Notes: generated by a model from the sequence alone, not told the origin. 64,000 nucleotides of DNA from a virus (IMGVR_UViG_3300028591_000080:159745-223744); one strand, 5' to 3'. Positions 18,633 through 28,855 are shown, counted from the first letter of the stretch. Translations and numbers: made by a program.

Positions 18633-19763
18633 CTATAGATCATTTATGATCTGTCCTACATAAGGTTTTAAAAGATCATAATAATCATTGAAGTTTTTAG
18701 GTTGGAATTTTGCTAATGCCATGATTGTTTTTTCAAATAAAACTGATTTATTATTTTGTATTTTTGTTTTAGTATTTAAAATTATTCGATCAAAAATATA
18801 TTCTGGATACATTCCAGGATTATTCCAAAGCTTTCCAATTGTTATTCCTATAATATCATTTGTTACTGGAGCATTTGTTAGTTCTTTTACATCAAAGATA
18901 AATGTTGCATATAAATTTGGAATAAGATGTTCAACTCTTCCATCTGTTATCTCTACTCCTATTGGAAGAGTTTTCTCAGTGAAGTCAGGTTGAAAATAAA
19001 TATTTATACTTATACTAGGTATTTGTGTTTGTATAGCATGCCACTTATTTACTTTACTAATTAACTGCATAGCTTGTGGAGTAAATAAGAGTAATACATT
19101 TATAGATTTTATTATTATCTCTTCTAATCTTTCTTCTAGTCTTTCATTAGGTTGGCGGTATTGTACTTGTTGAGAAAAATATAGTGGAAGTCTTTCGTCT
19201 AGATCATTTAAACTATCTACATAAGTTAGTCCACTTGAATTATCGGCTAATGGTTTTAAAAAATATCTATCTATAGCTATATCAAGATGTTGAACCGTAT
19301 TAAGTTCTATTCTCTCTTGATCCATGTAAGATTCGTATTTTAAATTTATTTCATATAAAGATAATCTATGATCTGATACACATTTAAGTATGTTGGGATT
19401 CTTAGCTAATTTAAGTCCAACTTTAGCATTTAGTTTTTGAAGATCTTTTTTTCTTACATCTAGATTTTTAGCATAGTCATAAACTTTCTGTACAGTAACA
19501 CAACCATTAATCTCTTCATCCTCATATCCAGTTTGCATTAACCAAGTATATGTTTCATCTATTATTGTTTTTAAATTAGTTAAGATTGCATTAGTTATAG
19601 GTAAATGTAATCTTTCTTTTATTTCATTTGTATAAGTTAAGAAAAATGCTGCATACACAAGTTGATGTATTGCATCATCTGCATGAATAATAGGATTTTT
19701 CCATTTTCCAGTTTTATATATTTGTTCTAACTTTTCTGGCGATAAATTTTTTATCCATATCAT
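18633..19763 (-). CDS. paralog-array member P2 (376 aa)
   Basis: Shares N-terminal (HQLVYAAFFLTY), central and C-terminal blocks with P1 and P3. Confidence 0.6.
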   Translation of the reverse strand: MIWIKNLSPEKLEQIYKTGKWKNPIIHADDAIHQLVYAAFFLTYTNEIKERLHLPITNAILTNLKTIIDETYTWLMQTGYEDEEINGCVTVQKVYDYAKNLDVRKKDLQKLNAKVGLKLAKNPNILKCVSDHRLSLYEINLKYESYMDQERIELNTVQHLDIAIDRYFLKPLADNSSGLTYVDSLNDLDERLPLYFSQQVQYRQPNERLEERLEEIIIKSINVLLLFTPQAMQLISKVNKWHAIQTQIPSISINIYFQPDFTEKTLPIGVEITDGRVEHLIPNLYATFIFDVKELTNAPVTNDIIGITIGKLWNNPGMYPEYIFDRIILNTKTKIQNNKSVLFEKTIMALAKFQPKNFNDYYDLLKPYVGQIINDL

Positions 19764-19773
19764 ATTTTATCTC

Positions 19774-20826
19774 CTAAAATTTCATTCGATCAACAAGTGC
19801 ATCAACTGCATTTGCCCAATGAATATTATCTTCATGTTGCATTAAACCTAAAGCTAATGTGAGATTACGGAAGATAGATTTAGCATTCGACTTCATACTA
19901 GCTTTATTACTACAATCATACCCAAAGATTGTTGTAACTGGTTCACCTATTCTAGTAATAGGTTTAGTTTTATCTGTTTGTGTTTTATATGTACAATCTA
20001 CACTTGCTCTTGAAATATATGGAATAGCATCAATGTGTGCATCTTCGAATTCAATTACTATTCTTAATTCATCTAAAAATTTATCTAGATCTAAATTAAC
20101 AACAACTTTAAGTTCTAGACTATTTAAATAAACCTTATGATTATTATGGTTCTTTAAAATTAAATATACTAATTGTGTAGCTTGCTTATTTAATAAGAAT
20201 ATTCTTTTAAGTCCATCTAAAACTAAATGTTTTATTTCTGTATGTAAATAACTATTCTGAGTTAAAAGTGTATATATATTTCCAAATCTTAATGAACGAT
20301 TTTTATCATTAACAAGTGCTAAGAATTCTTTATCTATTGCTATTGTTAATGGTAGATTTAGTGCCAAGTCGAATCTATTTAATTTAATATCTAAGTCTTC
20401 TAATTCAATACGTGATTCTTTAAGAAATTTTACTAAATCTGGACTTGTTGAAATAGTATCATATAAATCTTGTTCGTTATTTATTATGGCTTTATTATGT
20501 TCTAGTCTATGCTTTACAAATTCGTAAACATCTCTAAGTGTACATTGATCATTGACAACATTATCTAATAAATTTAAATCTTTTAATTCATAATAAGCTT
20601 CCATAAAGACACTATCAACATTAACTAAAACACTATATACCCAGCTTATTCCAAGTCTATTATATAATTCATCTTTATAATGTAAAAAGTAGGCACTATA
20701 TATAAAATAGTGCACTAACTCATTAATTTTTTCAGCCTCAGTTAAATTAGGATCAAATTGTCCGATTCTACCATTCGTGAACGCTACACTTAATGCATGT
20801 TTGCTGAATGCTTGTAATTTAAACAT
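19774..20826 (-). CDS. paralog-array member P3 (350 aa)
   Basis: ELVHYFIYSAYFLHY aligns with the P1 and P2 N-terminal blocks; the C-terminal KTKPITRIGEP block also matches. Confidence 0.6.
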   Translation of the reverse strand: MFKLQAFSKHALSVAFTNGRIGQFDPNLTEAEKINELVHYFIYSAYFLHYKDELYNRLGISWVYSVLVNVDSVFMEAYYELKDLNLLDNVVNDQCTLRDVYEFVKHRLEHNKAIINNEQDLYDTISTSPDLVKFLKESRIELEDLDIKLNRFDLALNLPLTIAIDKEFLALVNDKNRSLRFGNIYTLLTQNSYLHTEIKHLVLDGLKRIFLLNKQATQLVYLILKNHNNHKVYLNSLELKVVVNLDLDKFLDELRIVIEFEDAHIDAIPYISRASVDCTYKTQTDKTKPITRIGEPVTTIFGYDCSNKASMKSNAKSIFRNLTLALGLMQHEDNIHWANAVDALVDRMKF

Positions 20827-20836
20827 AAATCTCCTC

Positions 20837-21913
20837 CTAATTTATTTGACTAAGTATTGGTTGTAATTCATTATACCAGCTTATGGCAGTTGTAGAATTA
20901 TTACCAATTAAACCACAAATGTTTGATAATATTTGTTTCTTATTCTTTCCGAGTTCTGTTACTGATGTAAATTGTACTCCAAATACCCAAGAAGATTTAA
21001 TCGTAGTAATTATTCTACCTGTAGCATCGATTTCAAAATCTACTAAAGATATGAGTTTAGATGAACGATATTTATCTGATAAGAAATTAAAATAAACATG
21101 GTATTTATTTAATTGACCAGAATCTTTAGTAATATCTATAAATAATGATAAATTAAAATTAGAATCAGAAGAAGTTAAATTTTTATTAGTAATGATTTTG
21201 TCTACAATCTTTTTTGAAGCTGGCCATAATGCAAATAATAAAGTTGTAGCATTTATATATGCACTTGATAAAGCAGATTTGAATTGTGGTTGATTTAATA
21301 ATTCATCTTCTGGTAAATCAAATTTATAACCATTAGCTTTCCAAGCATTTACATCTTTAAATAGATTATTTAGTCCAGAATAAAGGCCTTGAGATTGATT
21401 TAGATTAAGTTGAATATCTGTAATTCCGATTTTATTATCTACAAAAAATTGTTTACTTCTAGCTGTATCTATTGTTATTTTTCTAATATCTAATGCTTTA
21501 GTATTAATTTCTGAAGCTTTAAAGTCAAAATACTTTTTAGTATATTGATATAAGTCAGAAACTGTAACTCTTTGAGAATCAAAACTTAATATTTCATTTA
21601 TACCATTTTGGACTGGATGCTTATTTTTAGAACTTGGATTATCTATCGCATTAAATGCTGCCTCTACTACTCTTAAAGCTCCTTTAGTATAAGCCTTATC
21701 ATATTTATGAGCTCCACTATGTTTATCTCCAAACTCCATTAATGCATTTTTATTTACTGTAAATAAGCATGCCCAAGCAAATAGATCTAATAATTTTTGA
21801 GGGTTCATATTATAATTTCTTGCTGCTCCATCAAAAATTTGTTTAGATAATTTGAATTGAAAGTCAGGACTTCCTTCATAACTATAAGCAATATTTGTTA
21901 TATAAGTACTCAT
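20837..21913 (-). CDS. hypothetical protein, possible distant member of the same array (358 aa)
   Basis: Same size, tightly packed in the same operon; similarity weak. Confidence 0.45.
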   Translation of the reverse strand: MSTYITNIAYSYEGSPDFQFKLSKQIFDGAARNYNMNPQKLLDLFAWACLFTVNKNALMEFGDKHSGAHKYDKAYTKGALRVVEAAFNAIDNPSSKNKHPVQNGINEILSFDSQRVTVSDLYQYTKKYFDFKASEINTKALDIRKITIDTARSKQFFVDNKIGITDIQLNLNQSQGLYSGLNNLFKDVNAWKANGYKFDLPEDELLNQPQFKSALSSAYINATTLLFALWPASKKIVDKIITNKNLTSSDSNFNLSLFIDITKDSGQLNKYHVYFNFLSDKYRSSKLISLVDFEIDATGRIITTIKSSWVFGVQFTSVTELGKNKKQILSNICGLIGNNSTTAISWYNELQPILSQIN

Positions 21914-22181
21914 TCTATATTTCTCCTTAAATTATTTTTATCTCAAATAATGGATTTATTATTTTTTCTATACTACTATTTCCTAAATATCTTATTGGAT
22001 AATCAATAGCTCTTTTAAGCATATAGTGAGAGATAGAAATCCTTGATAAATTATTATTAGCATCTATATTATTATACACATTTTTTGCTCTTGGATCTTC
22101 TTTTACAACGAAAATTATATCACAATCTGCAGTCTCTAATTTAGATGTATCTTGATCTAAGCTATTGATACGAAAACTAGA

Positions 22182-22922
22182 TTTAACTCTTAAATAATTT
22201 TCACCATTTTTAGAAGGTTCTATTGAATAATATCATTGAGTTGTAAAATATTCATAATCTAGTTTCTTTTTCTTTCCGTTCTTAGTTGTTATTATTTCTA
22301 GTCCATGTATAAAATTATTTATTAATACATTTGATTTATATGCTGCGATCATAAAAATATCGTTTGTCATATCTGCATTTATAGAACAAGAGGCTTCCGA
22401 AATAGAACTTAATTTTCCATCTAAAACATCAAAAAATAATTGACGAACATCTTTACTATCTGACCTATCATTCCAAAGTCTAACAGGATTTTTAAACTTT
22501 ATTATTTTTAATTTATCTAAATTTTTTATTGCAGTAATATATTTATTAGAGTTCTTATTCATAGTATAATTTTTCTCTATATTACTTGTAACACTTTTAT
22601 AAACATCATTTCCTAATTTTTCAAGATCTCAAATTCTTCATCTTGAGTTAGGGCTTTGAACATGGCAAATATAACTTGAAACAATTTCATTCATATCTCT
22701 AGCAGCTTGCATACATGGAAGATATACTTTTTCATAGTAGTCCATATTACAAGTATTATAAAAAGTAACTAAAGAATAAAAGATAATTCTTAAAACCATT
22801 TCACTACCTTTATTAGGAATTCTAGATAGTTTTTTATATCCATTTGCTCAGTTACTAAGGTCTGTTACTAATGATACACTACGGTTTCCATCATTTGGAA
22901 GTCTAATTTGTATAACAGCCAT
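22182..22922 (-). CDS. hypothetical protein, about 246 aa, with 4 in-frame TGA codons
   Basis: Extends track ORF 22233..22562 upstream to an ATG with AGGAG RBS and downstream through its TGA to a TAA; Trp-plausible contexts (LSNWANGY, NSRWRIWDLEK). Confidence 0.5.
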
Positions 22923-22999
22923 TTTTAACTCCTTTAAGATTTTTAAACTTTTTATATATTTTAAATACTTTACAAAGTTTAAATATTTTAAATACTTTT

Positions 23000-23480
23000 A
23001 TTTTTTTACTAATTTTCAACCTAAGTCTGTGTAGAACTTAATTTTATCTATAAAAACTTCTCTAGTTTTACCGTCACGTTCTAATAAGACTCAGTTGCTA
23101 GGATCATTTAATCTTTTCATTCTAGCTTTTTCTGGATCTTTATCATTTAAGTATTCTCTTAATTCTTTAGCTTCAAAGTCTCTTCTATAAGTTAATTTAG
23201 AATCGTTTTCTCTACCACCATAAGATTGATTATAACCAACTAAAGGATTACGTGAATCGAATTTTTTAATTCAATATTGTTCTCTTTCATCTAATTGTTC
23301 TTGAGATGAGCATCTTTCTATTAATTCTACTATGAAGTTTTCTCTTCCATACTTTAACATAGCAGCTTGAATTAATGTTCCAGAACCTTTATATTTTTTA
23401 GTAAACTTTGCTCTAGCATGTTGACCAATATAAATTTTCTTATTTATTAGGTTTGTAGTTTTATAAATATAACCTCACAT
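23000..23480 (-). CDS. GIY-YIG homing endonuclease, about 160 aa, with 4 in-frame TGA codons
   Basis: GYIYKTTNLINKKIYIGQ matches the GIY-YIG motif; the conserved Trp of the ExxxWI block (EQYWIKKF, compare I-TevI ENFWIKEL) is encoded by TGA; GGAGAG RBS. Confidence 0.6.
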
Positions 23481-23489
23481 AAAACTCTC

Positions 23490-23774
23490 CTAAGATTTTA
23501 TTCATGTTCTTTCATCATCAGCTTCTTCATAATCATAATCAGGATCGCGCCTAGGAGCGTTTTGTTCTTTAGGTGTATAAATTAATTCATTCTTTGTTTC
23601 GGACAAATAGGCGCCGTCTATATAAATAAGTTGATGAAATCTATTACGACTTAATCTTCATCTAATATTATTAAAAGCTTTTTGAGGAGAGTCTGCAGTC
23701 GTGCCAACGTTTACTCAAGCTATTTCTCTATCATCTTTATCAAAAACAGGTCCATTGTATGTATAAGCACTCAT
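23490..23774 (-). CDS. hypothetical protein, about 94 aa, with 3 in-frame TGA codons
   Basis: ATG with RBS; reading through TGA gives EIAWVNVG, NIRWRLS, ERTWIKS; ends at TAG. Confidence 0.45.
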
Positions 23775-23852
23775 ACTAAATCTCCATAATAATTAAATAA
23801 TCAATACAGATAATTTAGCAATTATAAAAAGAAAAGTAAGGATCAAATGTCC

Positions 23853-24893
23853 TTACTTTTTATCTCTTAATGTTTCAGCTAATTCCAATACAAGCTTTTC
23901 TGTCTTTTCCCAACCAAGACATGGATCTGTGATTGATTTACCATATACTCCACCGTCTGGCTTTTGACAACCATCTTCAATATAAGATTCAATCATTAGT
24001 CCTTTAACTAATTTCTTAATATCTGGATTGTGGTTCATACTATATAAAACTTGTTTAGCAATTCTGATTTGTTCTTCAAATTTCTTATTTGAATTAGCAT
24101 GATTACAATCTACGATACAAGCTGGATTTTTTAGTTCAGTTTGCTTATATAATTCATCTAATAATTCTAGATCTTCATAGTTGTAATTAGGTCTATTCTC
24201 ACCATGCTTGGTATTATAACCTCTTAAAATACTATGTGCATATTCATTACCTTTAGATTCGACTTCCCAATTTCTATAAATAAATGTATGAGGATGTTGA
24301 GCAGCTTTAATTCCATTAATCATTACTGATAGATTTCCGGATGTAGGATTTTTCATACCAACAGGAATATTTAAACCAGAAGCTACTAATCTATGTTCTT
24401 GGTTTTCAACTGATCTTGCACCGACAGCTACATAACTTAACAAATCATTTATATATCTATGGTTTGCTGGATATAATAATTCATCTGCAGTTGAGAAACC
24501 TGTTTCTTCTAAAACCTTCATATGTAATCGTCTTACAGCAATAATACCTTCAAGCATATCAGGTTTATCTGTAGGATTTGGTTGGTGTAATAGTCCTTTA
24601 TAACCATCACCTGTAGTTCTTGGTTTATTCGTATAAACTCTTGGAACTATAAATATTACATCTTTAACTTTTTCATAAAGCTTTCTTAATCTCTTACAAT
24701 AATCTAATACTGCGTCTTCTCTATCGGCAGAACAAGGACCTATAATTAATAATAATTTATTACTCTTACCACTAATAATATTTTTTACTTCGTTATCATT
24801 AGCTTCCTTTACTTTAACTAAATCTTCTCTTAATGGAAACATCTCTTTAATTTCCATTGGTATTGGAAGCTTACGTTTAAATTCCATATTCAT
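23853..24893 (-). CDS. 3-deoxy-7-phosphoheptulonate (DAHP) synthase, class I alpha (AroG-like)
   Basis: Collinear with E. coli AroG: LLLIIGPCS, KPRTT, GARSVENQEHR, CIVDCNHANS, GKSITDPCLGWE. Confidence 0.8.
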   Translation of the reverse strand: MNMEFKRKLPIPMEIKEMFPLREDLVKVKEANDNEVKNIISGKSNKLLLIIGPCSADREDAVLDYCKRLRKLYEKVKDVIFIVPRVYTNKPRTTGDGYKGLLHQPNPTDKPDMLEGIIAVRRLHMKVLEETGFSTADELLYPANHRYINDLLSYVAVGARSVENQEHRLVASGLNIPVGMKNPTSGNLSVMINGIKAAQHPHTFIYRNWEVESKGNEYAHSILRGYNTKHGENRPNYNYEDLELLDELYKQTELKNPACIVDCNHANSNKKFEEQIRIAKQVLYSMNHNPDIKKLVKGLMIESYIEDGCQKPDGGVYGKSITDPCLGWEKTEKLVLELAETLRDKK

Positions 24894-24896
24894 AAT

Positions 24897-25391
24897 CTAT
24901 TCAACCTCCAATATGTTATAAGTTCTAGCTTTATATTCTTCTAATTCTATTCCAGCATTAGTTAATAAAATTCTTGATGCTCTGAATGAATCTTGGTTCC
25001 AGTATTTATCCGATAAATAAACTACCTTCTTGATCTTAGCTTGAATTAATAGCTTAGCACATTCAGCACATGGAAATAATGTAACATAAATAGTTGCGTC
25101 TTTTAACTTAGAAAGATTTTCTGCATTTAATAATGCATTAGCTTCTGCATGTACTATATAGAAATATTTATTATTAATACCTTCACCCTTTTCCCAAGTA
25201 AAATCTAATCCACTTGGAAAACCATTATAACCCATAGAGACTAATTTATTATTATTGACAATAGCACATCCAACTTTAGTACTTGGATCCTGACTTCTTA
25301 ATGAAGCTAGCTTTGCTGTTGTCATAAAGTATTCATCCCAAGTAGGACGTTTATAATTTGATTGGTCCATCACTATACCTCCAATCTCCAT
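24897..25391 (-). CDS. dCMP deaminase (zinc-dependent CDA fold)
   Basis: HAEANAL ... PCAECAK zinc-binding motifs. Confidence 0.75.
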   Translation of the reverse strand: MEIGGIVMDQSNYKRPTWDEYFMTTAKLASLRSQDPSTKVGCAIVNNNKLVSMGYNGFPSGLDFTWEKGEGINNKYFYIVHAEANALLNAENLSKLKDATIYVTLFPCAECAKLLIQAKIKKVVYLSDKYWNQDSFRASRILLTNAGIELEEYKARTYNILEVE

Positions 25392-25797
25392 TCTTAATAA
25401 ATACTAATTCATAAGATTGAGTAAGTGGATTACACTTATTCCAAAGAATAACTACTGCATGGTCTTTGTTTGTTTTAGTTTCTAAAACTCCAATTAAATA
25501 TTCACAAGTTCCAGAACTTAATGTCTCATCAATTTTAAAACTATCTGAAACTTTATCTACTAATGGATAAACTTTAAAATCATCTGTTTCATAAATAGTT
25601 TTTGAGTCGTCATAAACTACTCGATCATTTACAAGGTTTCTAAACATCTTTAATCCATAATCTGTACCAAAATAAGTAGGCACCAAATCGTTAAATGAGA
25701 AGTATTGGTTTTCTCTAGTCTTATCACATAGCTTTATAATAAAACCAATTAGCTTTATATTTTTAAATTCATTCTTTGTAATATAATAAATACCCAT
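25351..25797 (-). CDS. hypothetical protein; likely start MGIYYITK (GIY-like N-terminus)
   Basis: ORF overlaps the preceding gene; AGAGGTGA RBS before the internal ATG; degenerate GIY...LIG pattern. Confidence 0.4.
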   Translation of the reverse strand: MGIYYITKNEFKNIKLIGFIIKLCDKTRENQYFSFNDLVPTYFGTDYGLKMFRNLVNDRVVYDDSKTIYETDDFKVYPLVDKVSDSFKIDETLSSGTCEYLIGVLETKTNKDHAVVILWNKCNPLTQSYELVFIKNGDWRYSDGPIKL

Positions 25798-25827
25798 GCT
25801 ATTCACCTCTTATATATTATAATACAA

Positions 25828-27159
25828 TTATTTGTCATCTCTCCAGTCAAGATATACTGGAAATCTTAAAGATTGTTTACCTTGCTTATTAGTAGTTATT
25901 TCAAAGTATTGAACTATGATAGTTCTTCCTAACCATTCTTCTTGATGATTCCATATTTCATCTTTTAATTCATCTGAAATACCAGAACCAACTTCAACTT
26001 CATTACCATTAAAATCTACAATTAATGCACCTAAAGTATTTTCATTCTTAGTATGTTCTGTTCCACGCTTAAATCCAATAACCTCTAAATCAATATCATT
26101 CATACGCTTTACTTTTAATAAACTATCAGTTCTATCAAATTGATATGTTGAATTAGCTAGGTTAATCATAACTCCTTCTTCACCATGAGAAGTTTCTGAA
26201 TTTAATAATTCAATAATTTTATTTGTATCAGTTCCATGATATAAAACTGGAACTTTAATAAAATATTTTAAATCTGGAGTACAATCGAATAATGTATCTA
26301 GTTCATATCTACGATGAGAATAATTATTAACACTTCTTTGATTATAGAATTCTTGTGCAGTCATTATATCAAATACTCTCATACATAAACCGTGCTTTGC
26401 TATATCTTTAGTTCTAGCTAGCTTTTGTGTTTCAGTAAATTGGTCCTTAGAATGTTTATTTTCACTATCTAGTATAATTAACTCTCCATCTAAACAAACG
26501 CCATCAGGGAGCTTCCTAGACATCTCATCCTCTAAATCTACAAGACCTACATATTCTTTACCACTTCTACTATAGAACTTTACATTACCATTATCTTTAA
26601 TTGCAATAATTCTATTACCATCTAATTTGGTTGTAATATAAAATTCTTGTCCATTAACTTTAGATGGATCATCAAAATATTTATTTGCTAATTGAACATG
26701 GAATGTAGGAACTAAATTAGGTATAATCTTATTTATTGTTTTAACATCCACACCAATAGTTAAAGATTTAATAATAATTTTTTCAAATAATAATTCTAAT
26801 TCTGAATTAGCTTTAATATTATAATCAGACATAAATGAAGCAATCTTTTCTAATGTTCCATCTGTTCCAGTATTATTCTTTAATAGATAATCTAGTAATT
26901 GACTTACAGATGTAAATTGATTTTGAGATAAAGAGTCTCCGAATAAACTTATTTTTTGTGTTTTAGAAATTAAGTCTTTTACTTTCTTAAACTTTAATAT
27001 AGATATTCCTGTTATCTTATATGGATTGAAAATAAATTCTAAATAGAACTTAATATTTTCATTATCTTTATATTTTTCAAGTATTGAAATCTTATAATTT
27101 CTACCATTCTCTAAATTAATTTCATCCACAAAGTTTTTAAATTCTAATAATGTTTGCAT
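25828..27159 (-). CDS. ATP-dependent DNA ligase
   Basis: Adenylation motif I TTKLDGNRI (KxDGxR) at the expected position; 443 aa. Confidence 0.7.
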   Translation of the reverse strand: MQTLLEFKNFVDEINLENGRNYKISILEKYKDNENIKFYLEFIFNPYKITGISILKFKKVKDLISKTQKISLFGDSLSQNQFTSVSQLLDYLLKNNTGTDGTLEKIASFMSDYNIKANSELELLFEKIIIKSLTIGVDVKTINKIIPNLVPTFHVQLANKYFDDPSKVNGQEFYITTKLDGNRIIAIKDNGNVKFYSRSGKEYVGLVDLEDEMSRKLPDGVCLDGELIILDSENKHSKDQFTETQKLARTKDIAKHGLCMRVFDIMTAQEFYNQRSVNNYSHRRYELDTLFDCTPDLKYFIKVPVLYHGTDTNKIIELLNSETSHGEEGVMINLANSTYQFDRTDSLLKVKRMNDIDLEVIGFKRGTEHTKNENTLGALIVDFNGNEVEVGSGISDELKDEIWNHQEEWLGRTIIVQYFEITTNKQGKQSLRFPVYLDWRDDK

Positions 27160-27233
27160 AATTATTCCTCCAATTATTTTATATATTTATTATACAACAA
27201 AAAAAGGTATATGTAAATACCTTTTTATAATTT

Positions 27234-27809
27234 TTATTGAACTATCATATCTTTATCTTGGTCTTCATCAAAGACAACGTTTTCATAAATATCTGCAATA
27301 ATCTTATCTAGCTCACGAGTTGCAGAAAATAATTTGTCATCGCTTATATCACTAGATTCAGAAATAAAACATGTTTTATTTTCATTATTTGTTAATACTA
27401 AAATTTTTGCTGAATTACATTCACACATCTTCATTAGCTTCTTAGCTTCATCTGACTCTAATGTTAATAAACTTTCACCAATACTATCTAATAACATCAT
27501 CTGATCTGTCAATGCTGCAGAAGAAACTTCATCTAAACCAGAAGAAGAGGCTTCTGTAATTTTTTTCTTTAATTCAAATTTTAGTACAGCTAAATAATAT
27601 TTTATTAAACCACTAAATATTATTTTTGTTGCTTCAGAACCAGTATATGCTGATTCATGGTAATTTATCTCATCATTATTATCTAACATTTGATTTAAGT
27701 CTGAAATTAAATCATAACCATTCAAATCAAAATCAAACTTAAATTCTTTAAAAGTTCTATGTGGATATAATTCTTTTACTTCATTAATTGTTAATTGAGT
27801 ATCTTTCAT
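27234..27809 (-). CDS. hypothetical acidic protein (191 aa)
   Basis: ORF. Confidence 0.45.
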   Translation of the reverse strand: MKDTQLTINEVKELYPHRTFKEFKFDFDLNGYDLISDLNQMLDNNDEINYHESAYTGSEATKIIFSGLIKYYLAVLKFELKKKITEASSSGLDEVSSAALTDQMMLLDSIGESLLTLESDEAKKLMKMCECNSAKILVLTNNENKTCFISESSDISDDKLFSATRELDKIIADIYENVVFDEDQDKDMIVQ

Positions 27810-28081
27810 TATTTATCACTCATTTCCTTTAAATAATTTATATAATAATTGAGATACCACACAGCTTTTTCTAAATCTTGGATCTTTTTACTTTCTAATG
27901 ACTGACTTGAAGAAAGCTTTTTACCGGATCTAGAAACATACTTAATAACATTACCTAAACAAAATCCTTCAATAAATCCTTTATCTTGAATATAAGTTAT
28001 AACCTCTATATTACCATCTGTATAATGACTTGGATGGCTTACTGGGTCATTTAATTTATCTTTTAATGTTTTCTCTTCCAT
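27809..28081 (-). CDS. DUF3310-like small phage protein (90 aa)
   Basis: PSHYTDGNIEVI motif typical of DUF3310. Confidence 0.4.
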   Translation of the reverse strand: MEEKTLKDKLNDPVSHPSHYTDGNIEVITYIQDKGFIEGFCLGNVIKYVSRSGKKLSSSQSLESKKIQDLEKAVWYLNYYINYLKEMSDK

Positions 28082-28117
28082 GAGTATATCTCCAATTACA
28101 TTATAATATACAACTTA

Positions 28118-28555
28118 TTATTTTCTATTTCTTTTATTTATATATAACTTTTTATCTGCATCTAAAAGAGCTTCATCAAAAGAATTATATATAGTTTTAA
28201 TTGAAGTTCCAAAACTGAAAGTAAAATTAGTTAATGTTTTAAATTCTCTTTGATATAGTTCAAAATTAATTTTTTCTTTATGTATAATAATGAATTCATC
28301 TCCACCATACCTACATAAATAATTAATCGCTGGGTCTTGTTTTAAAACATCAATAAATTGTTTTAAAGCTCGGTCTCCAGCGACATGTCCTAAATCATCA
28401 TTTATCTTTTTAAAATTATCAATATCAATAACTGAAATATATACTTGTTTATTTTCTAATTTATTTTTTAGTTTATTTTCAATAAAATTTCTGTTATAAC
28501 AATCACACAGTAAATCGTAATAGGCTAATTTTTTATATTTAAAATAATGGATCAT
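28118..28555 (-). CDS. minimal GGDEF-domain protein (putative diguanylate cyclase-like, 145 aa)
   Basis: DIDNFKKINDDLGHVAGDRAL and RYGGDEFII match the GGDEF signature blocks. Confidence 0.6.
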   Translation of the reverse strand: MIHYFKYKKLAYYDLLCDCYNRNFIENKLKNKLENKQVYISVIDIDNFKKINDDLGHVAGDRALKQFIDVLKQDPAINYLCRYGGDEFIIIHKEKINFELYQREFKTLTNFTFSFGTSIKTIYNSFDEALLDADKKLYINKRNRK

Positions 28556-28609
28556 GTTAAGTATTCTCCAATCTATTTAGGATACTTAATTTAGCTTATC
28601 GACTAAAAA

Positions 28610-28855
28610 CTACTCTTCAACGGTATATGATTCATAACCTAAGTCACCTAAAAAACTACCAATAGTGTCTTCTAAAATCTTAGTTAATGCGGATAACTTA
28701 TGGTCATATCTATATGTGACAAGTGGTACTTTCTTTAAAGTAATCCAAACTTGTAGTGTGTGATTTCCTTTTTCAATATGTTTTACAAAATAATAAGTTT
28801 TATCTGTTTTTGAAGGTTCTACGCAGAAAAATCCTAATTTTTCAAAACGTTCCAT
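28610..28855 (-). CDS. hypothetical protein (81 aa)
   Basis: ORF. Confidence 0.4.
   Translation of the reverse strand: MERFEKLGFFCVEPSKTDKTYYFVKHIEKGNHTLQVWITLKKVPLVTYRYDHKLSALTKILEDTIGSFLGDLGYESYTVEE

Noticed and set aside
22563-23852. Interpreting the TGA-interrupted genes as decayed pseudogenes
   Set aside because: All 17 in-frame stops are TGA and none is TAA or TAG. They fall on conserved Trp positions and restore family-consistent termini. TGA is absent as a genuine stop from about 95 genes. Random decay would not produce this pattern.
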